DNA of 64,000 nt, taken from assembly GCA_973895155.1 (NCBI GenBank), contig OZ316893.1, positions 10,173,660-10,237,659 of the forward strand. Direction: 5' to 3'. Every line of letters starts with the position of its first letter. The first letter of the stretch is position 1. This DNA comes from Marsupella aquatica (Eukaryota > Plantae > Marchantiophyta). The position numbers and the translations under genes were made by a program. The notes under the pieces were generated by a model. It saw nothing but the letters and a program-made list of their open reading frames with translations. It made no database searches and was not told the DNA's origin. Of this stretch, positions 11,629 through 24,352 are shown piece by piece.

Positions 11629-14293
11629 ATGGGTTCGGAGAACGGGAATTCGAATGACACAGGAACAATGGTTCGGGAGAACGGGCATTCGAATGGCGGA
11701 GAGAAGAAGGCCAAGAAGGCGCATGTGCTGTTTGTGACCATAGCATATCCGGGTCACTTCGGTCCCAAGGTGCAGCTGCTGTATCACCTGGAAGCAAAGT
11801 ATCCGGGGCTGACAGTGACTGTGTGGGGAAACAAGGACCGAATCGCAGACCTGCAGAAGCTGCAGCTCAAAGGTGATCTGAAGGGCCTTGACCTGCGCTT
11901 GGAGCAAACTTTCGGCGAGATTCCTGTGTACACTCCGGACCCCAAATTCCCACTTCGGGCGGCCACCACCAGCCCCAAATGCTTCGAGGAATGCCAGTCA
12001 TTCCGAGAAAAGCTGGTCGCGCAGAAGGATGCTCCTGGCGGACCTACGGCAATCGTTGGTGATACATTTCAGCACTGGTCCAAGGTTGGTGTTCCGAACA
12101 CGCAAAGCCGTCACATCGTAGCAATATACTCTTCTTGCACATCGATCATGTAGCTTACTTTGATCCTTCTACAAGGACTAAGGGGGCATCCTATATTCGA
12201 AGAACATCCAGGTCAGCTACTAGTGCGGTTTCGAAAGCTTCACTTTTTCGGATAGAGGAAGCCCCTTTAGTCGTTATAGAAGTATAACTTCTTCATTGCT
12301 TCAAAAGAAGAAAGTTCGGGTTATTGAACTCACGGGCTAAGGTCAATCTTAACTACTGACGGACACGACGTATGTTTTGTGTCTTAAAAGGGTCATCAGT
12401 TCATTTGCAGTGCCGATTTCCCAACTGCATCCTCAAAAGATGGCTTCCGAGTTGGAGTTGTTGATCATTAGGGGCCCTCGTAATTTGTTCCCGACATCCG
12501 TAGAATTTTTTTAGTGGTTTCATTGTCCGCGTTGGGTAGCCACGAGAATTATGTGCAATTATGCAACTTATCGAGCTTTAATTGTCCGTGGAAAATAATT
12601 GAATTCCATTCACTGGATGCAGGATTTAGCGGACGAGTTAGGTGTTCCTTTGTACACGTACTTCACGGCCAGCCCTTTAATGCTCGTAAATTGTGTGCAC
12701 CGTTCCGCGATGATTGAAGCCGGGATACATCCCCTGACATCACCGAATTTGAATGACCTCCCGGAACCCACTTTCCCGGGACTTCCATCTGTTCGCATTC
12801 GAGATCTCACAGAAGAGGTATTTTTCTTTGAGGAGTACTATAAGGAATTCATAGAGCGGACCAAACGGGCCTCGGCCATTTTGCTTAATACCTCAGAAGA
12901 GCTGGATTCACTGGGAGGATCGATTACTGCCGTGAGGAAACTCTGGCCCTCGACCAGGATTTTACCCATCGGCCCTTCCCTGCAGTATCCCGGGTTCGGT
13001 AAAGTTTACGCTTCCAGCGTGACCTTCAGCAATTGTTTACAATGGTTAGACACTCATGCAAAGAATACCGTCCTTTACGTGGCATTTGGAAGCTTGGGAG
13101 CGATTCCAAAGGAGTCCATTATAGAGTTGGCAGCTGGGATTGAAGCGAGTGGAGTGCCGTTCCTGTGGGCGCTCAGGGTACCTGCAACATCGGGTCTGTC
13201 CGAGTGGCTTCCTGAAGGATTTCTAGAGCGAACTAAAGGGCAGGGCATCATCGAAACAGGTTGGGCTCCTCAGGTCAGGATCTTAGCTCATCCTTCCACT
13301 GGTGGCTTCTTGTCTCACAGCGGGTGGAACTCAACGTTGGAGAGCCTTTGTGCGGGTGTGCCCGTCATCTCCTGGCCTTTGTCAGCGGAGCAACCCATGA
13401 ACGCCAGGTCAGTCTTCTACTCTTTAGTCTACTGAAAATTGAACTTAATCACAAAATGTGAACAGCACAGTATACATTCTTGTCCAAAAGTGACCCGAAA
13501 GGCCACGAACTAGGCGAAGGTGGCCGCGACATTATAACATTATAATGATGACTGCTGATTCTTGGAAAGTAAGTTGACGGAATGGCGTCGGTGTCTTTTA
13601 TTTGGCAGCCAATTCATCTGAAGATCATGCCCACTGCAGCAACAAGATTAGTGAATCACAAATCTGGGTTGGCCAATAGATTATACCGGAATTAACTGAT
13701 CGAAGCGTTAGCCTAACGCTCTGGTCCGACCTTGTCGAGCCGGTCTTGGGAAATTGTGCCCCATTGGACGGGATTGGGTCAAAGCCATTGGCAATAGTTG
13801 TTAAGTTGTTGATTCTCAGAGCAGGAAACCCTGAAATTCGTTGTTGAGGCTGGGACATCATACGTTTTGCATGCATCCATAGGTGCCTATCCACTTGGGA
13901 ACTAATTTTCTGACTGGAGGGTGGAGTTATTTGCATCCAGACGTGCTGCATCCATCAGCAGCTATCAAAAAGAACAAAATGCTTAAGGTTTTGTAACTGG
14001 CTCTCTGGTGACTTGTGAATCGGTGCGTTGGTGTGGGCAGGTTCATAGCGGATGTAGCCAAGGTGGGATCGGCGATTTGTTATTTCAAGGATAAGGATCA
14101 TGACAGTTTCGAAGACATCACACGGGAGGCAGTGACGAAGGCAGTGAGGCAGCTCATGTTAGAGAAGAAGGGGGAGGAGTTAAGGAAAAACGCTGGAAAG
14201 GCACAAAAGTTATTGCTTGCTGATGTGGCGGAAGGGGGGCATTCTTATAACAACTTGCATTTACTTCTTGACGAATTGGCCAGCGGGAGATGA
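11629..14293 (+). CDS. Family-1 UDP-glycosyltransferase A; exons 11629-12084, 12623-13407, 14041-14293 (497 aa)
   Basis: HVLFVTIAYPGHF (catalytic His), AIVGDTF (Asp), VLYVAFGS, PSPG box WAPQVRILAHPSTGGFLSHSGWNSTLESLCAGVPVISWPLSAEQ; GT-AG junctions give 1494 nt in frame. Confidence 0.93.
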
Positions 14294-15215
14294 AGGAGAG
14301 CCGACTGGCTTCAGTGGTCACAATTCATTCTGACCAAACAATAGCTGCCTTCCAACTGTAGTTTCGCTCAAGCAATCATCAGTCGGCTGAATTGAAGATC
14401 TATCGCGCTTTTAGACATTGATCCCAAAGTGGAAGGAGGTCTAGAGCTGGCTGACGCTTCAAAGTCAAACCAGAACGTAATAAAGCGACACCACCACAAT
14501 GCAGAGCGGAATTTCCGCATACATGACTCCCTAAAAATTGTACCATTCCTCATCTTGTAAAAACAACACTCGAAGTATAGAGTGCTCATTCCTTTTGTCT
14601 TGAACGGAAATGAGCCAGAACACTTACTAGACTCTCCCAGTCCAATACACTATACCAGTCCAATACACTATACCGTGTCTAAGTGCAGGCTCCCGGGTAG
14701 ACACCCCGAGCCTGAAGTGATACACAGTATGCGCACTAAGTAATAAGTGCATGATCTTCATATCCTGCAATTGTGGGTATGTGCCAGCATTCAAATTGGT
14801 GCACTTAGAGCATCTCCACCGGGGCCAGCAAATAGCCCCATAACCTCCATTTAGGCATATGGAGATTTGGTATATGCCGGCAAGGCGACCCACCGGCACC
14901 CTGCAACCCCTAAACTGATGGCAGCCCCCTGAAAATTTCCAGACCCTGACCGCCACATTCATACGTGTTGGCGGTCAGAGACTGTGCCCCCATTTTGACC
15001 TCCAGAAGGATCGACGGATGAAATCTGTACACGGGGCGCAATCCGGCTGAAGTTTAAGTTCCCGCTTGGAGAGCTTCCCACACTCCACAACCATTTTCGT
15101 GCGAATCTAGCTTTTTGTCGTGCGACACTGTGTTGCACAGAGCTTCTGTCCTGCAACACTGTGCTACACACAGACCTCGTGAAGAGCATACCTCGCGACT
15201 AAGAAATCTTCCAGC

Positions 15216-16245
15216 ATGGCGAGCAGTCGAGGGAAAAACTATTCCGAAAGCGAGTTGAAGCAGCTATGCTACAGCGTGCTTCATGTTTCACAAGACCCAT
15301 TGATTGGAACTGGGCAGAGAGCAGAGAAATTTTGGGATAGAGTTGCTGAACATTACCATAAAAACAAGGGGCGTGAATTCGAGACTAGGGGAAAGAAATC
15401 ATTGGAAGGGAAGTGGGCGGACGGCAAACACGATGTCCAAAAGTTTATAGGTACATATCAACAAGTTGATGGTAGACAAGTTTCTGGGACAAATACAGAC
15501 GACACATTCAAGTTGGCGAAGGAGTTGTATAGAAAAAATCATCCCAAGAATAGGAGCTTCTCTTTTGATTGTTGTTATTACATTTTGAAGGATTGTCCCA
15601 GGTTCATGAATCCAGAGAACGAAATGCCGAGAGGGACAAGCAAGAAACAAGCAAGAAATTTCGCAGAAGGAGAGTCCGACTGCAGAGGTCGTGGAATTGG
15701 ATGACGACTCTGCCCCAACAGCCTTCAATGAGGACACTAAATCCAATCAGTGTTCAACCAGGAAGAGGCCCACTGGAAATCAAGCAGCAAAGGATGAGTT
15801 GAAGAGAATGAGGATGCATGAAGATGCCCTGAAAATGTCAGCACAGGCTCAGAAGGACATGGCGGCTACAAATACCATGCGCTCTTTGGCATACCAAAAC
15901 AATTCAATGTTGGCCATGCTGAGCTTTCCTACTGACAACATGAGCCCAGACATGCGTAGGTTGTGGGAGGACTGGAAAATGGCAGAGTCAATTAAGTTGA
16001 TGCAACGGGTTGCTCAACAGAATGCAACGTCGAGCATGCCTACACCGCAATTTCCACATGTGCCACCTGCAGGATGTCCATCTCCACATGTGCCACTTGT
16101 ATCGCCAGTGGAACCAACTCCACCTGCATTTGAAACTCCAGCCCCAGCTCCTGCGAGAGAGGAAGACCAGGAAGCTGCAGATCTAGAAGCTCTATTCCAT
16201 GTGCAAGAGAGAGAAAATCAAGAACTAGTAGATGCTCAATTGTGA
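15216..16245 (+). pseudogene. Harbinger Myb/SANT-like DNA-binding ORF (frameshift near 15640-15700)
   Basis: NYSESELKQLCYSVLHVSQDPLIGTGQRAEKFWDRV...FSFDCCYYILKDCPRF...RKRPTGNQAAK, typical of the PIF/Pong second ORF. Confidence 0.85.
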
Positions 16246-16857
16246 GATTTTAAAATAAATCCATCCGAATTTTAGATTCTGATTTTCTGTACAGAATCGC
16301 CCCTACTTGGTGAGCTCATTGTAACTTGAAATGTGCAAATAAAAAGTGGGATTAGACTTTGTGTCACATTTTTTGCTCATGTCGTGTGGATGCTCCAATT
16401 TCGAATGAATGTAATTCTTAATCACCATTCAGGATTTACAAATTAGCTGAAAATAAGGAGTACAAAATTCTGGGAAACATTTTTATTCATCCATCCTGAA
16501 TTACAATGAGCATTGGCCAACAGTAGTCGGGCCTTGAGCTCAGTCCACATAGAGAACTAGTAAAATTGATCCCTAATTGAAAAATTAAAATGCCTCACAC
16601 TAAAGGCTCGGTTGCCAGCCATGGAGCCAGCATTCAGTAGCTCTCTCCCATCCTCCACTCTTTCCTTCCTCGCCATTACCCACTGTATTTCAGCAGCAGT
16701 GTCACGTTATTAAGCTGCAGTTGAGAAAAACCTCAATCTACAAATTAAGGTGCTGATTAGAGAAACCTGAACAGAGCACTTGGCTGGAAGAAAATGCAAA
16801 ATTGGAATGAGAAGACATTGTAGATTGAATTCCCGATTGAATTGAAACCCACAAGAC

Positions 16858-18131
16858 CTAAAAATTGTTGTACCTTGCACCCTTCGAATTCCACAAATGA
16901 TCCACAAGGTCATTTCTTAGCTTGAAATGTGCCTCTTTGTCATGGATTTGCTTTGTGGCTTCCAAGAATTGTAACCATGGTACCAAGCCTCTTCTGAGAG
17001 GTGGTGGACGAATGTTCAAATAGGGAGTGAAATTTTCATGCCTTTCATCCTCCAATATCATATTGTGGAGTATCACAGAAGCCATTAAGATATTTGTGAG
17101 GTTACTCACAAACCATGACCGTGCAGGCCTCTTGACAATTTCAAATCTGGCCTGCAGAACTCCAAAAGCCCTCTCGACATCTTTCCTGGCCGCCTCTTGG
17201 CATTTTGCAAAATGTCTCAATTTCTCAGATTGTGGGGCATGCACAATAGAAATGAACATAGCCCACTCTGGGTAAATGCCATCTACCAGCAAATAGGCTT
17301 GATTGTATTCTACTCCATTAACATGAAATGAGGTATTGGGAGATTCATTTGCCAACCACTCATTCAGGATAGGGGATCTATCCAAAACATTAATGTCATT
17401 GTTCCCTCTGGCAAGCCCAAAAAAGCATGCCAAATCCACAATTCCTGGTCAGCAATTGCCTCTAAAATGAGGGACTTGGCTTTATCTTTGTCCTGGTATT
17501 GACCATGCCAAGCCACTGGACAATTTTTCCATTCCCAATACATGCAATCCAAAGACCCAAACATCCCAGGAAATCCTCTTTGTTGGTTGATGGCTAAATT
17601 TCTACTCCAGTCCTCCCCTGTTGGCTTTCACAGATAGACAGGCTCATACAAATGTCTGATTGCTCTCACAAATCTATACAAAGACTCCAAAGCTGTGCTT
17701 TCTGCAATCCTGTAGTACTCATCCATGGCATCTGCACCTATCCCATATGCCATCTGTCGTAATGCTGCAGTAATTTTCTGATGAGGAGAGAGACCAGGTT
17801 GCCTTGTTGCATCAAATTTCAATTCAAAATAATTGTCATGTGCACAGACTGCTGGGAGGATTTTTCTGAATAACCTAGAACTCATATGGTACCTCCTTCT
17901 GAATTTCAGCTCATCATACGTGGGATGCTCTGCAAAGTAGTCATTGTATAAGTCTTCAGCACCTTTTTCTCTCTTCCTATCAAGATTTGCAGCTTTTCCC
18001 GCCCTTGACCCTCCATGCTTCCTCTTTCTTGAAGAGGAAACGCTGATCGACTGGATCGACAGAGGTCCATTGAAGAGAATTGGCTCCCAAAAGCTATCTT
18101 CCTCTTCCCATATTTCTTCCTCTTCCTCCAT
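16858..18131 (-). pseudogene. PIF/Harbinger DDE transposase split into three frames
   Basis: LYNDYF...FRRRYHMS, GLSPHQKITAALRQMAYG, GSLDCMYWEWKNCP, ILEAIADQELWIWHAF, NNDINVLDRSP, DGIYPEW, RKDVERAFGVLQARF. Confidence 0.93.
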
Positions 18132-19834
18132 AAACTTTTGCAGATTATCTCATCATGTCCTTCTGGCTCCATGGCGAACTGTTGGCTGCAAGTTGCAAGT
18201 GAACGCAATCCACAATCAAAAGCTTGTATTCGCGAGCCTTTCGCAGATTGCCAAGAAAGCTTTGCATGAGCGCAAAAATCTGCGCACTACGTCGACTGTT
18301 TCTCAAGCCAAACCACGGGTTGTTTAAACTAACACGTAGTTCAAACCACGGTTATCATATGGAGGCCAGATTTTGCGGGGTGCCGGTAGGGATTACTAAG
18401 GAGGGTCTCGGGCCAATATGCTTCAGACCTGAATAAAGGCAAGGAAAATTTTTGCGATAGGGGCCGAACGAGCCCAACGGGTGGAGATGCTCTTATGCAC
18501 GAAACCTCGCAAGTTTGATCGGTGTGCAGTGTCAAAGGATAAGGGCATGTGCTTGATGTTTGTGTGAAAGGGCCCAAACCCGATAGTAACTTAGTGATGA
18601 CTTATAATTGCGTATATAAGTAGAAAGACAAGTAGGTGTAGTAAAAGTGTTTGGATTTTCAAATTTTTTATTTTTGTTAGTTCTAATAAATGGATGCCAC
18701 AACCGGAGGCCGGAGTTGAGAGGGGTGTCGGGCGGTGATGTATGACAAGGGAACCATTGAGGGGGTACAAGGAGGCCACAAGGCAACCCAAGGACTTGGA
18801 GCTAAGGTGTGGGCATCTTGGAGGGGTGGGGGCTGGTCGGAGGCTCCACATAAGGCGCAAAATGGGAAGAATGACCAAAATATAGAAAACGGTGAAACTT
18901 AAAACAGACGTTGCTGCGCTAGTACTATTCCAAACATGGTCATGTTTGGATTCATTTTGAAGCCCTCAATGAGCCCCATGCGAAACTGAGGTTCTCTAGT
19001 TGATTTTAGGTCTATATCAAACAGTGACATCTCAAGGGACCTCAACGCCCGTAAAACAACAAACTAGGCAATCTTGAAGTAGTGATGGTGGGAGGGCGAA
19101 GGGGTTCTCACACTTGTGTTCCCCTTACCCTTTGTGTGGTCCTCACATGGTTTTTGTTCTCTTTCCCTTCCCCACTCCGTAGAGGGGCACTCTGTAGAAG
19201 AACACATCTGTAGAAGGGGCCCTCACACTTTCTTCCTTCCCTTCTTTCTCTTTTCTCACTTGTGGGGTTTCCACCCATACCTAAACCCTAAACCCTTTCC
19301 CTCTTGTGCTTGCTTTGAACGTGTGTACGGACCCTGGTTATACAAACATCAGATTTTCGACCATCTCAAAATCAGGAGTCTATGGGCTTGTTGGAAAGAG
19401 CTCGTCGAGCTGAATCCAACGATGTGTCACATGGCCAAAACGGAGGTAAGACGAGGGAGATACGATAAAATCGCGTTTTTTGAGAATACGTGGGTTTTGA
19501 GGCCGTACGGACGTCCGTACGGAAGGAGGTCCTGGCTTTGCAAGGGAAGGAGGAGGTAGTAGCACATACGGGGAAACCGTGATCCGTGTTTTGCAAAGCC
19601 GGGGGAAACGTGTTGTACGGACGAAACGAAGGGAGACAGTGCCCCGTAAAAACTTAAACGATCATATCTTGGCCGTTTGACCTCCGTTTTGTGCACCGTT
19701 TATGGAGCCGTGATCAGGAAGAAGAGGGCTCCTCAGATATGTTTTCATAAATGAATTCTGAGAAAATTTTAGTTTCGACAATTATAGGGGCCCCCTCCTT
19801 TTACAACGAACCGGTGGTGGCGAACAGGAGGATC

Positions 19835-20056
19835 GGGGCTCAAGCCAAGGCACCGTGAGTGAGGAGGAGGAGGACTGATGAGGAGACCAACTCACGGGGC
19901 TCAAGCCAAGGCACCGTGAGTGAGGAGGAAGAAGACTGATGAGGAGACCAACTCACGGGGCTCAAGTCAGGGCACCGTGAGTGAGGAGGAGGACTGATGA
20001 GGAGACCAACTCACAGGACTCAAGCCATGGCACCGTGAGTGAGGAGGAGGAGGACT
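19835..20056. repeat. 58-61-bp tandem repeat, ~3.7 copies
   Basis: GGGGCTCAAGCCAAGGCACCGTGAGTGAGGAGGAGGAGGACTGATGAGGAGACCAACTCAC-like units starting at 19835, 19896, 19957, 20015. Confidence 0.95.
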
Positions 20057-20574
20057 AGGGTAGCCGTACGGACCTATTGTACGACCTCTGGATTTTAAAA
20101 TTTTTGGAAGGGTGCACTCATGGGCTTGTTGGAAAGAGCTCGCGGAGCTGATTCCATCAAGAGGCGGCGCTCCTCAAACGGAGCCAGGATGAGTAAATTA
20201 GGGTCCGACGTAGTTGGTAAGTAAGTGATACTGAAACGGCCATAACTTGGTCGTTTGGTGTCCGTTTCGAGAGCGGTTTTGTGATTCATGATCAGGGGGA
20301 GTAGGGCTACCCAGGGGTGAGCTCAGAGGTGCAATCAGAGTGGCACCTAGTTTCGGCAATTATGGGGTCCCGTGCATTTTTTGCGGTTCACGAAGTGATG
20401 TTGGGACGCCGTCAAAGGCACCGTCGGTCCCATTGTTAGATTAGGGTTTTAGGAGCATGTGTGTGCCGCATGCTTTAGGATTAGGGATTTTCTTGTGTGA
20501 AAGTTTATGCAGGGTTTTAGCGGCGCCGCTAGGGTGGCCGCCACCATGGTGATCCCGTGAGGGGTGCTTTGGTG

Positions 20575-21050
20575 TTTTTTTTCAGTATTTAGGGGGAGAG
20601 CCCCGGAGTAGTGAGGGGGGGAACTCAGTCTAGTGTTTGCTTAGGGAAGTTAGCTAATAGCCAGAAGATGGAATCAAGCCAGAGTAGTGAGGTAGAGGTG
20701 TAGCACTTGCCCCAGTGAGGCAGTAGTTGGGCAGACGGCAGGAGGCTGGGGTTGTCCTTGCAATATGTTACAACGTTTTGCCAAAAGATATGGATTGGTT
20801 TGATTCCTCAAGTTTTGGTGTGGTGTTACCTTTTCTGGTTCACGATTGTGTTCTTTCCCCAAGAAGCGTCTAAGGAATCCTTGCACGGTTTGGTCAATTA
20901 TGTGAGTAGGAGGGGTGGTGACAGCACTCCACCGACGACCAGTAGGAGTGTGTGTGTGGCGTAGTCCATGGGACTTGATCAAAAGCAGAGCGGCTAGTCG
21001 GTAGACTTGATCAAAAATTACATTTCCGGGAGCGGAAATAAACATACTCA
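20575..21050 (-). mobile_element. Possible 3' fragment of an L1-like LINE
   Basis: minus-strand LRRFLGKEHNR resembles the L1 ORF2 C-terminal LWKERN motif; ends in an A8 tract at 20575-20582. Confidence 0.3.
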
Positions 21051-22735
21051 TCCTACATGCAATAGAATCCTAATAGCGTCCCTCCACGTTCCCGTCATAC
21101 GATAACAAACGATTTTAGTATGAGTAAATACGTATTTGTCGTGTAAATCATTTGATAAGCAGGTGACAGTTTGGCAGGTTAAATTTGCACCATAAAATGT
21201 ATGAAGGTGTGAAAATTGAAGCAAATTGCAATGTTACTCCATGACACACAATCAAATTCTGTTGCTTGTGCTTACAAATGTCTGGCTTCTACTTGTGGCT
21301 CAAGGTTGTCAACTTCTTTCCCCCCATGATGATAGCACTTTAGAGAACAGTGTGCTGCCACACATTGTGTCCCTGGTTGGCTGTTGCTCTTTGTCAGTCC
21401 TAAACCTCTAAACCTCGATGCACTTCACATTCTCTCATGTAAACCTTGTGATTCTGCTCTCAGGTCACACCCATAAATCTCTCCTACCCTAAACCCTCGT
21501 ACAGGCCCTGCCTGAATGCTTTAGTGCACACTTGTACTCTATCTGTTTGTATGCAGCACTTATAAATAAAAGCATGACCTTCCAACATTCTCCTGATTGT
21601 TTGTAGCCTCTTTCAGTCAATTTGGCCTACTAGGTTTGTAGTATCAGTTGCACAACAACTTCAATTGTTGCCTTATGCCAACCCCCTCTCCGAATGAACT
21701 CTAGTATAGCTGTTGTGCAGGTTAATTATTCAGGGTGTTCTTTGTTGCAGAATGGATAGAGTCATGACAGAGTACAATCTTAGGCAACAAAACAGCAACC
21801 AAAAAGTGCCTTTGCCACCTAGGCCCAAATTATTCAAGGTCTTGCATAAAATTGATAATTTGTAGCTTAGGCCCAAACTACTACTAACTGCACTCCTCAA
21901 AAATGATACTTTCTTTGCTTACTTACTTAGGCACAAACTACTCAAGCTCTCCTTCACAAAAGTGAAATTATTCAGGCCATCTTCACAAACTAAGCTGAAT
22001 TTTTTCACATAAGTGATAATTCATTGCTAAAACGCAAACTAATTGAAGGAGTCATCACCAAATTGGGGTGACATTATGTACTCCATGGGAATGGCAGGGC
22101 CAATGTCTCACATCCATCCAAGCTTTGCTTTATCTTGAGCATACATATTTATTTCATGCTCTCCCATCCAAAAATGATTCTTCCATGGACAGTACACAGA
22201 AACCACACAATTGGGATGGACTAATTAGGAATATTCCTTGTGACATTGTGAGTACAATGCAGTCCATCTGAGTTGCAAAAATCCATGGGAGTATTTTGAC
22301 AAATTTAGAGGTCAATCTGAGATTCATTTCCTTCCCATCCCTTGCCAAATAATTTAATATCATTTAATTTGGGTTTACATCTGAACGAGTTAACTTTTAA
22401 AATATATTCTCTTAAAATGGTTATATTATTGTGGACATGACTTTGGTTGTTGGCTTTTATAATGAGGCATGATAGTGTGGTTGGCTCATCGCAAACATAG
22501 AGTAGAAGAGGATGGAGCAGCACACAAGATAATTATTGCAGTGTTACCTTGTACATGTTCAAGAGCCTACATACTCAAGGTGGTTATCTTGAATGTCCTT
22601 TCAGATATAGTTGCATAACTTGGCTACTCTACCACATAGCCCCAACACCAAGCTAATCTATGGTCCAGGCACCAGGATGACCATCCAGAATGGGCTAAGT
22701 ATGGGCAGACTAGAGAACAAGGGAGCCTATATTAC

Positions 22736-24352
22736 TGTAACAAGTATGCGCTCAGCCAGGTTGTCGCGCAAGTGACTCGGACTAGTAACGGGAGCTGTTT
22801 GGGCCATGAGCAAGGCTAGGCTCAGGGCGGACCGTTCTAGACCCAGAGATGGACACCGGTTTTCAGGGTTTGAGGTAATGAGAGCTCCTCATAGCCTTGA
22901 GTGCAATGAAATGAAGCTCATGTGATGAACGCTTAACACATATGTCTGAGCTGATGGCTAGATTTGCCACTTGGGCTCACCCAGGACCTCTGACAAATAA
23001 TGAGTCCTAAGCATTTGGGCATGAGCCTCTCATCGGCCCAGTCACAACAGACTAAGGCACTTCCTCTACGGACACCTAAGTAACAAAGAAGTTATGGGCC
23101 CAACAAGTTTGCTCGTGTCCAGGTTGCCCAGGGCCAAAATTAGAGAACCAAAGTTGGTACGGGGGTAACAGGTCACTAAGAGAATATATGAGGGGAGTGG
23201 TGCTCTTCTCAATGGGCCAGGGGAAAACTCAAGTCAGGATGTGTGCATGGCGGTCGTGCTACTAACTGGACATATCAAACAAAAATGACAACAGGAAGCC
23301 CATTGGAAAACTTTTGGGGGGCATTATTTGGAGTGCTACCTCCTCATGATATCATCTTGCCTGTCTTGGGTTATAATTATTACTTTGATCCCCACAGTCT
23401 GGACTGGCTATCTTGTTCGCTTGCCAATCTTAGTTACAAAACAATCTCTATTTTGTTCCTCGGGGGTTTCACTTCCACAAAAATGGCATATCACGTGCGA
23501 CGAAGGATAGGGTCATTTTATTGGTTCTAAGGGAAGACTTAAGAATTTTTGTAGAAGAACAATAGGGTCTTTTAAATTCAATTTTGAGACTTCTAAGAAC
23601 ATTAGGGTCTTTTTAATCCAATTTTTAGAATATTCCAAGAATATTCCAACTTTATAGGGGTTAAAAAATAATATTTTTTTCTTACATTTTAGGGGGTCCC
23701 AGGCCTCAAAACGTCGCAGGCGATGGGGAGGTCCCCATATAGTGAGACCCCCGAGTTTTGTTCCCACATACAAGAGCATGAGTTGGAGTAGCCATGTAGA
23801 ATAGCCTAGCCTGGGTGTTGAAGTCCAAGTGCATCATCCCCTAGCAATCCTAGTTGAGTTGCCCCCATTCATTGGGGTGGTTATGGGAGTTGGGGCAAGC
23901 TACCTAGTTGGGCCATCGGAATGTCTTGGAAGCAAAGCGGCCAGCTAGTGACAGATAGAAAATAGGGAATCGTGGGCAACACCCGATAAAGGAACTATTA
24001 ATTTTAGATAAAGAATCGGTGTTAGCCTTAGCTTCAACTTATTGCAAGGTCGTGTAGGCCTGGGAAGTTTGATCCATTGACCTACTTATTAATGATTGTT
24101 GAGCCTGATGCAAGACAATGGTTTTGAGTTCCTAGATCAACAAAGACCAGTTGGTTCATTTTCTTATGCATATTGCAGGGCCATTGAGTGACGAGCGAGT
24201 TGAGGAGCAAGACAGTGCGGCTTTGTGTGGGAGTTGTCGTTGACAATGATAAGGGCACCAGATCACTTGCTTGTGTTGGCACCTGGATACTCAGAGTGCC
24301 TAGGCTGGGGTACTGAGTTTGGCAAGGGCACTGAGTGGCTACATTCATTACT
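22736..24352. repeat. Dispersed LTR-like repeat, copy 1 (opposite orientation to copies 2 and 3); hosts a MITE
   Basis: reverse complement aligns in blocks with 29010-30370 and 48341-49470; left boundary uncertain. Confidence 0.7.
23459..23755. mobile_element. MITE, subfamily 1, 8-bp TSD
   Basis: CTCGGGGGTTTCACT...AGTGAGACCCCCGAG; TSD TTTTGTTC at 23451-23458 and 23756-23763. Confidence 0.93.

Larger units (their letters stand above)
9530..14340 (+). repeat. Segmental duplication copy A (UGT with flanks), paralogous to ~33010-39107
   Basis: shared non-coding blocks, e.g. TTGGAGTTCACAACTCTACCTCAA at ~9591 and ~33070; alignable 5' region, both introns and ~45 bp after the stop. Confidence 0.85.
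14808..18492. mobile_element. PIF/Harbinger DNA transposon, full length but with frameshifted ORFs
   Basis: perfect 13-bp TIR GAGCATCTCCACC (14808-14820; reverse complement 18480-18492), TTA TSD at 14805-14807 and 18493-18495, two convergent genes. Confidence 0.95.

Noticed and set aside
19280-19296. Telomeric CCCTAAA repeat
   Set aside because: Only about two units; such short motifs are common in plant repeats.
19835-20056. CRISPR-like array
   Set aside because: Units repeat end to end with no unique spacers, no cas genes, eukaryotic context.
22732-24351. TTAC 4-bp TSD defining a TG..CA solo LTR
   Set aside because: Homology with the other two copies extends through the proposed right TSD, so it is probably coincidental.
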